A stretch of 55,992 nucleotides of DNA, the filler included, from Streblomastix strix (Eukaryota), in assembly GCA_008636045.1 (NCBI GenBank). It is 3 parts of 3 records of this genome, joined end to end, with 100 filler letters (N's around TTAATTAATTAA, not from the genome) between each part and the next. Parts side by side here need not be neighbours in the genome. Positions count along the whole stretch, not along the records: positions 18,739 to 37,324 come from SNRW01000593.1; positions 37,425 to 55,992 come from SNRW01000594.1; 1 more part is not named here. One strand, given 5' to 3'. The notes below the pieces were generated by a model. The model did no database searches. It was not told the DNA's origin and worked only from the letters and a program-made list of their open reading frames with translations. Positions 24,408-38,738 of the stretch are shown piece by piece. Position 1 is the first letter of the stretch; each line of letters begins with the position of its first letter. The position numbers were made by a program, and so were the translations under genes.

Positions 24408-27400
24408 TCAAACAGAGACAATATTATTTGCAGAAGTAACAATAGCAGCGTTTAATGGATTTTAAAAAGCATCGGTGGGATTAATATACATATATTAGCT
24501 TTATTATATTGGTGGAAGAGAAGATTTCTAATTAAAATTTGAAGATTAATTACTATTAAATTGAATAGATTTATTTGAATTAAAAGTAATATTTGTAGTT
24601 GGAATTGAAATAGGATTTGATGATTACTCTTAATCTTTATCTTATGTTAAAGAAGATTTAACTGATGATATTTCAGTTTTTAAAGATGTAATTAAAGATC
24701 CATTTAATGAATTATTTATTTTCTAATTTGATAATTTCTTTAATATAATTAATCCTGTCTTTGTAATCCATTCAGATACACCTCTCGTTTCTTCGCTTCC
24801 AACATGAATTCCATCATATTATTATGAAGTTATAATTTATTATTATTTTTATTCTTATTATAGTTCTTCCTATTTTCCTTCGTCCATTTATTATCTTTAT
24901 CTCATTATTTTCTAATTTCTATTTAAGATATTATCTTCAATATTCCACCAACGATTAATTATTCTAAATATTTAACAATATTATTCATGAGATTATGGAG
25001 ATAATAATGTTCCATCTTTTATTCTGCAATTATGAAAATCCTGAATCGACGTATATACCGACTAACACTGTGCATGAAATATACGAGCTGAAAATATATA
25101 GAGAATAAAATAGAATAAATATAATTTAGTAAAAATAAATTATTTATTTATTTATTAATATATATATTCATTATACCAATAACAAGAGAACAAATTACTG
25201 CTGGTTTTCCATGTCCATCTTCTGAATGAATAAATATGCATTAGCGACCTTCAATAATACGTGTTGATATCCAATCAACAAGACGCATTATTTTCTCATC
25301 TTCATCTTCTTAATCATTTTAATATTCACTATTACTATCTTCATCAGATTTTGAATTTCCTTTTTCAATATTATTTTTACTTCCATTTCTACTGTATAAA
25401 TGAACCCATTCTGGCATTTATTCTTTTTAATGTGCATACATTGGAAATTCAATATATATCATATTATCAATTGATTATCTGTATTTACGTTATTATATTG
25501 ACATTTCTTCTGATTATTAATGAATATTTATTCCTGATCTTTTTCTCCAACTTTTTTCTCGCTTTTATTTCTATCTAATCTTATTAGTTATTTCAACCAA
25601 TTCTTAATTTGATTTTATTCTTCTTTGTTCTCTTTATTCTTCTGTTGTTATAGATTTATCTAAAGACTCATTTGAATCACATCTACTTCCATCAATTTCT
25701 AATTATCCTTCAAATTTATCCATATGTTTATGATGTTATTTTCTCATTATTTCTAATGCAGTATCATGAATCTATTTTTCTTCTTTTTCTTTTTCTTTTC
25801 TTTCATTTTCTTCAATTTTTTCTTTTATTAATACCTAATTCAATATATTCACACATTCATTCTTTAAAATCTTAATAGCTGCATCAAAATAATTTCCACT
25901 TTTTGCTTCTTTTTCAATTCGATTAAGTTTAGATTTTTGAAAATGAATATTCCTTTATTCATTTAAAGTATTCTTTCCTCTTTTATCATTTCTATTTCTG
26001 ATTCCATTTTCAATTCCTATCCCGATTCCAAGACTCTGTCCTTCACTTATTCTTTATTATTAATAATCTTCAGATTAAGTATCAATATTCTGTTATACAA
26101 TCTCAGAATCAATATCAAAATCTTATTCATCATATGGTCTAACTAAATTAATAAATATTTCAATGTCAGATTAAAGGATCAAATTAATATCTCTGACTTA
26201 TGGATTATTGCCCATCAGAAGGAACTTTGGAATTACCCAATTTGTAGTTGGTGTTGGACCAATAAATAATTATTTATTTTATAGTATTTACATATTAGTA
26301 TATAATGGATTATGAAGAATATCATTAATATTGTCTGATAAATTAACTTATGAATTAATTTAAGCTTAAGATATTTACTATGATACTTAAATTGCAGAAT
26401 GCTATATTAATGATATTGGAGAATGAAGTGGAATAGGTTCTGATGAAAGTGGAAATCTATCTGACATTCTTCTACCTAAATAACAATAGAAGGCTCCTTA
26501 TCCTCCAAATGGCCATATTTATTATTCTTTATTATTATAATCTTTTTATTATTAAAATTATTATTCTATTTATTTCTTTCTATGAGCTTAATCCATATGA
26601 ATTTTAGGAATAATTTCATTTCTTTGCATTTGATCTTATAATGCACTCCTTATTCCAATTATATATTTGTCATCCTTTGATTAGTCTCTATTATTAATAA
26701 TCTAGTTCTTTTTAGGTATAAATGTTGGTTTGGCAATAATCTTTATCTCTTTAATAGAGTTAGTTTCATTAGAATTAACAATTCCAGATTCTTAGAATAA
26801 ACGATATTATGGTTAAGAATGAGACATTCCCTCTGGGACTTATTCAATATGTTTCTATGCATATATATGAATTTGTCTTCTAAGAGTTTTTCTATTTTCT
26901 TCATAATATTATGTCGCTTCTTCAATTGCTTATTTATATCTAATACTTGATCCAATTAACAAATAAATAGCTTCTTCTGGTGGAGTATGAAGTAGATCGC
27001 CTTGCTTATAAAATTTAATTATTGTTTCTATCGAAATCATTTTGAGGGGAATTAAAATAGATATTGTTGCAACTTAAGTTGGATCAGATGTTATTTCTAG
27101 ATATACTTGATATATATTAAAATAAATAGATTAAATGAAATATTTCAATAAACCTTTTTCACGTTAGATCAGCTTTTCACATTCTCTACATAATAAAAGT
27201 AATTCTAATTTTCTTTATAAGGCTTTGATGAAGACTTAGTTGCTGAAAATGCAAACATCGAGTTGTGGTTTCACAAGACCACAAAGCTAACAAATTTTAT
27301 TCATAAGCTCAATTTAGTTATGATATCTTTAATAATAATAATAAAATAATAATAATACAAATAAATAACAAATATTTTAATGTCGATAAAATATGGAAGA

Positions 27401-27454
27401 TCAAGTTGTGGTGGGCGTGGAAGGAGAGGTTCTCGAGGAGCAAGAACAGTCATA
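24408..27454 (-). CDS. Multi-exon PTP/DSP-fold protein, probably catalytically dead
   Basis: TNWVIPKVLLMGNNP (~26210-26255), IFIHSEDGHGKPAVICSL (~25180-25240) at the HCxxGxGR position, SPQSHEQ Q-loop. Introns near 25090-25175 and 27110-27152. Start uncertain. Confidence 0.55.
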
Positions 27455-28228
27455 ATAAATACTGGATTTATAAAATATGAATAATATATATTGGACGAAA
27501 TCTGTATCATTCATAAAATATTAAAAATTTAAAAATTAATAACGATGCAACGAGTAAAACTATGCATATTGGATGGTATCAATATTGAATTTGAATAAAT
27601 ATAAATAAATATATATGAAATTTAATAATTCATGAGTGGATTAGGATTTGAAGTAAGCATGTCGTTTAAAGATAAAAAGAATTATTCAAATTTTCAGTGA
27701 AGTCAGGAATGCAATTCCTATTCATATGTTAATTGGATAAGGTAATTATTAGAGAGAGAAATGATGATATATATAAAAAAATGGAAGAAATAGTTGAAAC
27801 TATTCAATACGGCGAGAAAATAGGTGGTGAAGTTGAAAAGATTATGTTAGCGTAATTGGCAGGGATGGTAAGCAAATTTAATTAGAATCATTTCAAATGA
27901 GAGTACAATTGCGTTTGGAATGTGGGCAGTGATAGTGGGATGAATTTGAATTGCAAAATTCAATTCTATTTGCCAAACTTTCTCTAACTTAGTACGAGAT
28001 TATTATTATTTCCAGTTATATTTGCACTTGCACACTTTCATTTTTTCTGCTTTATAAACCATCCTTTGTGAATATGAAAGTATTCCAACTTTTAGATATA
28101 AAAACAAACGAAATATTCGTTTTACAGTCCAACCAAATGCTCAATCTACAATTAATCCCTCTAAAATAATGTATTTTGTTCGTTTATAATGTTTTATATT
28201 ATTAATTTTATATTATCTACTAATTTTA
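27394..28228 (+). repeat. ~835-bp direct duplicate, copy 2
   Basis: Near-identical to 21457-22291. Confidence 0.95.
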
Positions 28229-28263
28229 CTTATTTAATTTATTTTTACTTTAGAATTATAAAT

Positions 28264-30471
28264 ATGAGCTCTTAACTGACAAATAAAGAAACTGCAACCG
28301 GCATAGTATTTTTTATTGTTGCAATTGCAGTGTTTATTATTATAGTTACAATTGGAGGACATATTGTTGCTGTACGTTGGAGAAAATACGAAAGATAGAA
28401 ATAAAACATTTAGATTATATAATAAAAATAAATTGATGAAATTAAAGAGAATTAATCAGATTAATAGCCTTAAAAATAAAGAAAATAAGCAGAAGATATG
28501 AATGGTAACAAACTTACAGATATTTAGAGGAAGGAAAAGATCATCGCTAAAGAGAGAGAAAAAGAAGAAATAGAGCTGCAGAAACTGATTAGAGATTAGA
28601 AGCTTATTAATTAGAGTGAAATTAGAGATTAGAAGCTTATTAATTAGAGTGAAATTAGAGATTAGAAGCTTATTAATTAGAGTGAAATTAGAATTTAGAA
28701 ACACGAAAGAGTAAAATATGAATAGAAATAGCCCAGAGATGGGTAAAGAACTGTAAATGTACCTCCATCAACTGCAATTTCAATTTCTGGTGAAACAACA
28801 AGTCTTAATACCTAATAAATAAGTAGGCCAATATAATAAACAGCATTTCTAAATGAATATGTAGATCAACCGATTGAATTAGAAAATAAATCTAAAAGAA
28901 GCAATAGATATTATAATTAAGGTTAAAAACAATAAGTGAAGAAGGAATCCTTTCAAAGAAAACAAGATATTATTCTACCAATTCAGGAGTAGAAAAGTCC
29001 ATATAAGGAAGATAGGAATGTTCATAGGAGAAGAAATAGTCTTCCAATGAGTGCAGAATTTAGAAATATAAATAGTAGGGCTAAATTAATGTAAATAAAT
29101 AAATCAAGGAAACAGAATTATGTTGATGATTTTGAGATTGATTAATAAACTGGTCTAATTGAATTAGTTCCACCTCATTACTGGGAAACAAGAGAATAAT
29201 AAAGAAGATAAAAGATTGCTCAATGGAAATAGAATACAGCATATTAATCTTCTAATAAAAGAATTTAACCTGATCATAATGATATTAATAATATTAATAA
29301 TAAAGATATATAAGATATATAATAAAGAGATACAATTAATACTCTTGTTATTCATTAACCATAATCAGGATATATTGATCCTTCATTATTATTAATACCA
29401 GTCAAACCATAATCAATTCTTAATAACTAAAAAAAATAGAAGAGAAATGATATTGATGAAAAGAAAGAATATATTTCCTTAGAAAAAGAGAAGAATATTC
29501 AAGTTCATACAAAGAGTAATAATCTAATATTAATTGAGGAAAAAGATTATTATAATAATGATTAGAGAAGAATTGCATAAAAAGAAAAAGAAAAAGAAAT
29601 TGATTAATATCAAAGAAATTCTAAATATAAAGATCCAGAAACAAATAGTAATTATTCATATGGATATAATCGTAATGAAACTCATGATATTGATTTAATG
29701 ATTGGAATTGAAAATGAATAAAGAAATTGGAAGAATGAAGTTTAATAATGGAAGAGGTAAGAAGATTATAAAGCATCATAAGAAGGAAAATTGACTTAAA
29801 TAAAGAAAAATGAAAAAGAAATTAGTAGGAAGAATTCATCATTAAAGGAAAATAGCAAATAATAGTCAAAAGGATCAAAATCAGATCGTCATTCGTCAAA
29901 TTCACATCACGAATCACATCCACCTTCTAATTCTCATTCTACCAAACAATAATAGAAAATAATTAAAAATTAGATTGAATCTAATTAAGATAAAGATTTG
30001 AAGGATCAGAAATCTGTGAGAAAGAAAGAAGAAGAATTGAAGATTAAAGAAGAATAAAAAAATAAGAAGAAAAATAAAACTGGAACAAATGAAAAGAAAT
30101 AAGATGTTTAAAGAAATGATGTTAATACAATTCAGAAAGATAGTATTAACCAAACAATGAAGGAAAAAGAGAAAGATGTCTCTTATCAGAGCACAAGATC
30201 AAAATCTAAGAGTGATTCTTCATCTTCTAGGCATCATTCACATAGGTCTTCATCTGATAAAGAATAGATTCACAGTGTCAGATCAACTGATAGTAGAAGA
30301 GTTTAGTCAGATTCTGATGAGTAGGAATAGATAAGCGATTAAGATATCATTGTTGAAGCCAATGTTGAGAGGGGGAGTTAAAGGGACTATTTTAATGGGG
30401 AAAGAGAAGAGGACAGTTTATTTGGTTACAGCGTCTTAGAGAGTAATGCACACAAGGAGGGTATTGATTGA
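28264..30471 (+). CDS. Single-pass membrane protein with long disordered tail (735 aa; upstream exon possible)
   Basis: Open table-6 frame. TM segment GIVFFIVAIAVFIIIVTIGGHIVAV followed by RWRK. Q/E/K/S-rich tail. Confidence 0.75.
28588..28692 (+). repeat. 33-bp coding tandem repeat x3 (IRDQKLINQSE)
   Basis: ATTAGAGATTAGAAGCTTATTAATTAGAGTGAA repeated three times. Confidence 0.95.
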
Positions 30472-30595
30472 AAAAAGAATATTGACAATATTTGAGTGGA
30501 CTTCTTGTTCATTATCATCATTTTCTCTATCACATCATACACTTCTTTGTTACAAACTCTAAATTTATTGATTTATAATAAACGACTAAGATAAA

Positions 30596-30892
30596 TAATA
30601 TATTTTAAAAAATAGATAATGAAAATGATGGTTCGAAAATGATCATTTTCTAACCAATAGATTGAGCAACAACAAAATCGCCACTTCTTACTTCATTCTC
30701 TAGAATAGGTCTTACTCTTGAGAACATATATACATCTTTTGAGAATTTCTCAGATTTATCTTTAATGAATTCTATCTTTTTATCTTAAAAATTCAACTGT
30801 TATTTCTAAGATTCTGGATTAATAATGTTAATATACTCTCCTCTAAAATTCAAAATCAATTGATTTTTGTTAGTCAAGCTCAATACAGTGGA
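30596..30892 (-). pseudogene. Duplicated kinesin first-exon fragment (inverted copy of 22318-22613)
   Basis: Encodes FSRVRPILENEVRSGDFVVAQ and keeps the RVRP motif and the frame that the 22332 copy lost. Confidence 0.85.
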
Positions 30893-31147
30893 AATAAAGT
30901 AAAATATGGATATAAAGTATGGTAAAGTTGAGAAATGTGTATCAAATCAATCAAAAAATATTCAAAATCTGTAAATATACTTTAATAAGTCAATCATTTT
31001 ATAAATATTCATTGATATTTTCTTTAATTTCAATTTATTTTTATATCATATTATATAATTTATAAATTTTTAAAAGAATAAAAGTGAAATTATTATAAAT
31101 ATAGATAAATATTCAAAATAAAAAATAGTTTATAAATTCTTATATAC

Positions 31148-34100
31148 TCATTTTGGTTGAAAAGACTGTTATATTAAATTCAAATCTTTTCTTCTTAATT
31201 CATAATGAAGTTAATCAATTTCTGATCTAAAATGATATCTTTCTGATTCTAATATTGCACGAAGTTCTTCAATCTATTGTTTAAGTAGGGATAATTTTGG
31301 AATATGCTCAAAATTACATTTTCTTTAATTAGAATCAATTTCATTTTGAATTGACAAAAGTTTTGTTTCATATTCTTTTATTTAAATATTTAATTTAGAT
31401 AATTAAGATTTTAGGTATTAACATTCTTTATTTGTCTACTATATCAATTCATTTTCATTTTATTAATTCTAATTCATTCTCTGGTATAATGAATCAAATT
31501 AAATATCTCTTTATATTTTATTCTTTTCATATTCAGAAATTTCATGTTACAATTTTCTTTTCTTGCTTCTTTCTTCATCAATTGTTTGTACTAATAATTA
31601 TATTTTTTATTTTAATTCAAAGTCATTTCTTTAATAATCAGCCAACTTCCGATCTTGTTCATCAAATTGTAATTTATATTTATCATGTTTCAATTTCTGA
31701 TTTTCAATAAATTAATTTTACTCATTTTGAATATTTACATTTCTTTTATCATTTTCATTCTCCTTCATTCTTTCTTATTATATATTATATGTTTTAATTT
31801 TTATTTCCATTTATGTTTATTTGATAATTAAATCACGTATTTCGACTTCAAGTTATTCAATTCTCTTTTATTATTAATATACTTTATTCTTTTCAAATTC
31901 CAATTATCTATCTTTCTCAACTTCATTTATTTACATTTTATGCTTTTCAAAACTTAATTATCGTTCAATTGATTCTTTCTCAATTTTGCTCTTATTAATA
32001 ATATCGTTAAGTTATTAAATATGTTACTATTATGATGATGATTAGAATTAATTTAATTTTTTTATTTCATCTTTTAATTCAGTTATTTATTATTATAATA
32101 TCAATGTTTATGATTAGTCTCCATTCATATGATGCTAATAAAAGTTAGATTTAACATATTAATATTATTAATCATTCTTCTATTACTATTACTATTTAAA
32201 CAGTTCAATTTCAAAATATTTTATTTTCCCCTCATTTTCATAATATTTATTCTCAATTAAGAATTTCTCTTGTTTTTCTTATTTTATTTATTCCTCTAAT
32301 CTGTCTTTTTCTATTCTTAATAAAATATCAGCATTTTTTAACTATTCAACAATTTAGTTTAGTTCTTCGATTTCCCTTATTTTAATTCTTTCTTTTCTCT
32401 AAATTTCCATTTCTTTTCTTTCTTCATTTAATTTATTTTCTCTGATTTTATTTTCTTATTCAATTTCTAACTTTTCATATTATTATTATTATTAAAATTT
32501 TTGTTATTCGAATTAGTTTATTAAAAAATCCTTTTTGTTTATTTGATTTCTCAATTATTCAATTTCATATTCATTAGAATTTCTTTCTTCTGCAATTTCC
32601 TAATATTAAATTTTTAAATCATTTAATTCAGATTTTGTTTTATTTAATTAACTTTCATTTCTTTCAAGCTATTATTTTAATTATGAAGATATTTATATTT
32701 GTTCTAGATATTTTATAGATTAATTATCTTCATTATTATCAACATTTTTATTTATATTTTCTTTTTTATCCATTTTATTATTAGTATCTAAATCTTACAA
32801 TATTTTAAATTAAGAGTAAATTGAAGAAGAAGAAGAATTTAAAACTTCATTCAATGGTTGTATAAATTATATTAATCTATTAATATGCAAATTTGATTAA
32901 TGAAGTGAATATTGTTATGTATGTTACTAATGCAGATATTAGGATGAATCAGATTATGTTAATTATTATGGTTGAGATGATTTCAATTTAGATAATAAAA
33001 GAAGAATTGAAGGTGGAGATGTATATTTAATTAAGTTATTGTTCTATACATCTATATTTCTATTATTTATTTAGTTTTATTTCAATATAATAATTTCATT
33101 TCCTACTTATTCTAATTAATTAAATAAATCTTTTACTTAATTCAATGTTGATTATATTATTTATTCTACTTATTATCTTTCATTGCTTATTAACTTCCTT
33201 TCTTCTTCAATATCTTTTATTAATACATCTTTTTCTTATTTCAATCTTTTTTCTTCTTCATTTTATATTTATTGTTGTTTTTGCAATGTCTATTGGGTTT
33301 CATTTAATATTTTAAGTAATTCAACATTTTGATCCTTTTCAATTCTAATTTCTTATTCTCTCTATTTTGCATTGTCTTTCCAGGATTATGTTTCTTCTAT
33401 TATTTACTAAAGTCTTTATTCATTTTATTCTTTTTCTATTATACTTTATTCTTTTTGTTATTTAATTGCTTAATTTTATATTAGCTTTTCTTAATTAATT
33501 ATTTTCTCGGATTATTAATATTATTAAATTGTTTCATTTAAATTCTTAATTTATTATTCTAATCTATCATGCTTATTCTTTAATTCAAGCTTTTATTAGT
33601 CAAACTATTCTTTGACCCTATTAATTCTCATTAAATTTTCCTATTCATTAATTTAATTTAATTTAATTTCTTATTCAAATATCAATCTTTCATATTCTTA
33701 TTTCTAATTGTAATTTTCTTCTTTCATTCTTTTTATTTCAAATTCTTATTACTTTTAAATTTATTCATATTAAACATTTCTTTCTCTGTTTTTGTCTTCA
33801 TTTGATTTTCTTTCATTAATTAATTCTTGTTCATATTAAGTTATTCTTTTCTATTAAAGTTCATTAAATTATTCTTGATAATCTATAGGCACAGATTAAG
33901 CTGCAGAAACTGGTTAAATTATCTTTTCATTTGTTTTATATTATTCCATCTGAACGTTAATTTAATCATACTTCTAATTAATTTTCATAACTTTTTCTTC
34001 AGCATTATCAGCTCTAGATTTTTCATTTTGTAGTAATATCTTATTTAATTATCGTTCAGATTCTATTTCTTTTTCACTCTAATTCAATTTTTCATAAAAT

Positions 34101-36847
34101 TCATTTTATTAATTTAATACCATTTGTTATTATTTTTATAAAGATTCTTATAATAATTATATTTATTCTAATAATTATTTATTCTCCAACTCTGCATTAT
34201 TAAGTTATTCTTATTAAATGGAGATCTTTTCTGAATATTGTTAAATCTCCACATCTCCTTTTCTCAATATTTAATCTTCTATATCAACTTATACATTATT
34301 ATTCTCATCTTTTTTTATTTATTCACTTTCATTGTTCTTCTATTACATTTATTACTCCTTCTCTTATATATAAACTTATTATTATTGTATTTCCGCTGTT
34401 TGCATTTATATTTTATCTTTCAAAATTAATATTTCTTCATTCATGCTATTTTAATTTTATTCATATTTTAATATAATCTTATTTAATTATTGTTGTTAAT
34501 CTCCTTATTCTTATAATTTTCTATTTAATAATTCTAATTCTTATATTTAGTTATATTATTTCTCAATTTATTCTTATTATTCTAATAACTGCTATTTCAA
34601 ATTCAATTGTTATTTTTATTATGAAATAAAAGAATCTCTTTCTTCTTTAATTCTTTAAGATCGATTTTCATTAAAACTCAATTATTCCTATAAATTTATA
34701 ATTTGATCATCTCTATTCTATATTTGTTCTTCAAGACCAATAACATGCTATCGTAATAAAACAGTTTCCGATTCTTTTTCATTTTGTTCTCTTCTTTCTA
34801 TTTCTTATTATAAATTCATCTAAAGTGTGCATATTTAACTTTTATCTTTCTGTTCTCTTTGAGTTTATTCTCTTCTTTATTGATTTAAGTGTTGGTATAA
34901 CTGTTCAATGTTATTTTTCTAGATTGATTCTTTAAATGCAGATTATTCAATTTTTTTCTGTTTCTTTTATAATTCTACTTATAATCTTTATGTTATTATA
35001 TCATATTATACAAGAAGAAATTCAATATGACTATTTTCTTTAATTAATAATTAAATTCTTTTTTATAATACTTTCATTTTCAATGAATATTCTTATTCAA
35101 TTTCATATATTATCTTTCAATGAGTTTTAATTGATAATTATTTTATTAATTATTAAAATTGAGATTGTGAATTATTTGACTAGATATCTTTTGATGATAT
35201 GAGTTATTATTATAATGATAATATCGGTTTTAATTCTTTTTATTCTTCATTCTTGATAAGTTATTATTATTAAATTAAATAATTCTGGTTATTTTTAGTT
35301 TAATTAAATTTAGTTGCTTAATCTAAGTCATTAAAAGAAGAAAATAATGAGTTTGAAACCTTTGGTTCAGGAGTTTTTGATCTTTTTTTATAAAATATTC
35401 CATTTTTCTTCTTAATTATTATTTGTTTGTCTTCTTTCAATTGCTAATCAACAGTATTATTTTCTTTACTATTATCATATTATTCATTATGCTCATTTTA
35501 ATCAATAAGTAAATTAAGATGGTCAGGAAGAGAAGCTGTTAAAAATGGAATATTAAATTATACTGTGCTTTTCATTTTATTAGTTTTTTCTTTATTCAAA
35601 TCAAATAATTCATTTTATGCTATTTCTTAATTGTATTAATGCTGTTAGTGATTATTATTAGTCTAAAATGTATCCTAATCAATAATTTTTTCATTATTTT
35701 TTATTGCATCATCAATTACAACATCATCTTCCTCAAATTCTCCTGAATATCTTGAATTGAATTTTTGTTATTCAATATTATCCTTATTTATATTTTCACA
35801 ATCTTAATATTCTTATAAATCTTCTTCTTCTTTTCTTATTATTTACCTTTGCCTGTAAAATTAAACTAATTCATTTTGAGGAATAAATTCATCTTAGAAA
35901 CCTTCTGTTTTATTATTTGGTTCTTATTCATTATTTTAATTGTGTTATTTCATTTTCAATATCAATCTTTCATATTCGCTCCAAAGTCCCAAACCTTCTC
36001 CAGATAATAATTCATCTATTCCATCTTTCTTCTTATTATATACTTACTATCTCAATAGATTCATTCATTTATTGATATTTAGTTCTTATTGTTAAATTTA
36101 TTCAATAATAGTCTTATCATATTCTTATTCTAATTATGAATTATTCTTTTATTCCATCAATTTAATACCAACAGATCTTCCTCTGTATCTCAACAATTAT
36201 GAATCTAATCTACTTATTTCTTCTCTTAATTTCATATTTTCTTCTTATTTATCTAAAAGTTAGGTTTATTATTATTTAATAATATTATCTTAATCATGAT
36301 ACTTATTATTATCAATTTATTAATTACTTTCTCAATATTCTTTTAGATTGCTCTTATATGTTTATTAGCTTCCATTAGATGATTCTTATAAGACAACCTA
36401 CTATGGCAATGAGTTTTATTGTTAATCAATAATATTAATAACAGTTTATGGTTTTGAAATTTCAGTTGCTATATTATTCTAATCATTAAAATTTGTATTT
36501 CCAAATTAATCTTAACTATTTTCACTAATTTCTTCATTATATTCTAATGATTCTTATAAGACAACCTACTATGATTATGAGTATTATTGTTAATCAATAA
36601 TATTAATAACATTTAAAGGTTTTGAAATTTCAATTGCTATATTATTCTAATCATTAAAATTAGCATTTCCAATTTTATCTTAACTATTTTCAATAATTTT
36701 TTCATTTTATTAGTTTTGGAAGAATAAATCTGCTTCTAAATCCTTGTCCCAAACATTTTCTTCTTATTTCTATAAATCTTGATTATTTTCTTCAATAATA
36801 TTTTCCTCATTTTCTGTTTCTATCTTTTAATAAGCGTTTGTTTCCAT
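31148..36847 (-). CDS. Large Q/E/K/N-rich coiled-coil protein (~1,899 aa)
   Basis: METNAYQKIE... to ...SFQPK*; 5700 nt. Both ends were translated by hand; the interior was not fully checked for frame breaks. Confidence 0.7.
36381..36710. repeat. 168-bp (56-aa) tandem duplication within the coiled-coil gene
   Basis: GATTCTTATAAGACAACCTACTATG recurs at 36381 and 36549 with collinear downstream sequence. Confidence 0.85.
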
Positions 36848-37324
36848 CGCTGTTGATAAATCTCTTCTTTAAAATATATTATTAACAATACCTATTAAAA
36901 TGTATAGACACACATATAAAATATGTGTTGTATATAATGTATAGTCCTTTATTTGTTAAGAAATTAGAAAAATAAAAAAAATTCCAATTTCGGTTTAATT
37001 CCATTATTTTAATTTAAATAAATGTTAATATTCAATGTTTGGGTTAGGATCTAACTCAATCGTAAATATATGTGCAAACAATGAAACTACTATATATAAT
37101 AAAAAAATAAGGAATGAATTGATACACTCCATTAAATGTTTGAATTAGGAAAAAATATTTTTGATCGGTTCACCGATAGATGAATTCATTTCAATTGTTA
37201 TTTAGAATAAAAAGATTTTAAGCTAAAAATTATTTAGGTAGGGATAATAATACTTACTATTGGAAATTTAATTCCTCTGCTGCTGAAACTGATCTCGAAA
37301 AATAATTCTGAAAATTTGCTTGTA

Positions 37325-37424
37325 NNNNNNNNNNNNNNNNNNNNNNNNNNNNNNNNNNNNNNNNNNNNTTAATTAATTAANNNNNNNNNNNNNNNNNNNN
37401 NNNNNNNNNNNNNNNNNNNNNNNN
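37325..37424. other. Artificial contig linker
   Basis: N44-TTAATTAATTAA-N44. Confidence 0.99.
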
Positions 37425-38664
37425 CAAAAGGACCCACCAGACAACTAAAGTGAGGGAGAGTCAACTTGGTCAGAGGATCAAGCCCCATAACACCAAGTAG
37501 CAATGTCATAGTCCAAATAAATTACATAGTAAGCACAAAGAGCACAATAAACACAGATACAACCAAAGTAATAAACCACAACTCAAACGCCTAAAAAAAG
37601 GAAGAAGAGACTAACTACCAAACCAGTACGATATTGATGAAGAAGAAATAATTAAAGAAAGACTTGCCGCACTTTAGAAAAAGAAGGAAGACTTGAACAT
37701 ACATGACTCAGATAATGATTGGTAACAATTGATTGGAGCAATAGACAACAATAATAACCTAACACCCTGGTCAGCCCAGAAACAATTACAAGAAATGTTG
37801 CCGGAATCAATCCTCAACTAAACTACAAAATAACAATAATAAGCAACTGGTTCTAAGACCTAACAAAGGATAATCTCGCCACTACCAAGGATGATTAGCA
37901 CAGGAATGAACAAAGATAAACCAACTATCTAATCATAACTGTCAGTCACTCCAATACAAAAACCTCAGCATAGATCTAGAATGAGGTAGAGACTGAAGAA
38001 AGCTGAGAGAGAATTAGAATTGCTGAAAGCATAATAATAGCTCCGGCAATAAGAAAACAATGATCTCATCAATTAAAATGTTGAAATGCCTGATATTCAG
38101 GGAACTGTTGGACAGCTAACTGGTCTGTAACCGAGTCCAAGCGCTGAAGGCCCAGGCTTAAATGCAGGGCTGAAGCCAGTGGAAGCGGGATTAATATCAG
38201 CCAGTAATAGGGAAAGAACAGAACCTTAAATAAGTGAAGGTCATGATGATAATGCTGATGAGGAAGAAGATGAGTAAACCGATGAAGCAGCATTAAACCA
38301 AAATAAAGACTATAGAGTTAATATAATCTCATAGCCCCTAGTTCAAGAGAATCTAGGCACATAATCATAAGATATTCAGGGCTTGAATGCTTTGAATTAA
38401 ATGGAAAAAGATGATGCAGGCCCTGCTCCAGTTGGAGTACAGGAGAAGCCTAAGAGAGGAAAAGAAAGTAAAAAAGTAAAACCAGAAGGCTTGACTGCCT
38501 CTGAAGAACCAAGCTAGGGCAACAATGCCCAAGCTCAAACAAAGACAACTTCCAAAGTTCCAAAAACCAAAACTACTTCCAAGAAAAGTACGAAGAAAGC
38601 TTAATAGGTAATACCCGAACCAAAAAACTATAATAACGAGGGCGAAGGGGAGTAGGATCCCTGA
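37425..38664 (+). pseudogene. gag: ORF1 (gag-like), low complexity, frameshifted
   Basis: Q/E/K/P-rich coding sequence directly upstream of pol. Called by position only. Confidence 0.5.
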
Positions 38665-38738
38665 TCGGGCAGGGACACTCCAAACAAGGGAGATCAGCGT
38701 TGAGGTCTCCCTCTGGAATAGAGGAGAGGAGCGCGCTG

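Noticed and set aside
28588..28692. 33-bp repeats as a CRISPR array
   Set aside because: No spacers; it is an in-frame coding tandem repeat in a eukaryotic gene.
25261..34429. F/L/I-rich ORFs in the supplied track (25261, 25672, 28456, 29164, 29914, 31432, 33827, 34238)
   Set aside because: Antisense shadows of Q/E/K-rich table-6 genes, not membrane proteins.
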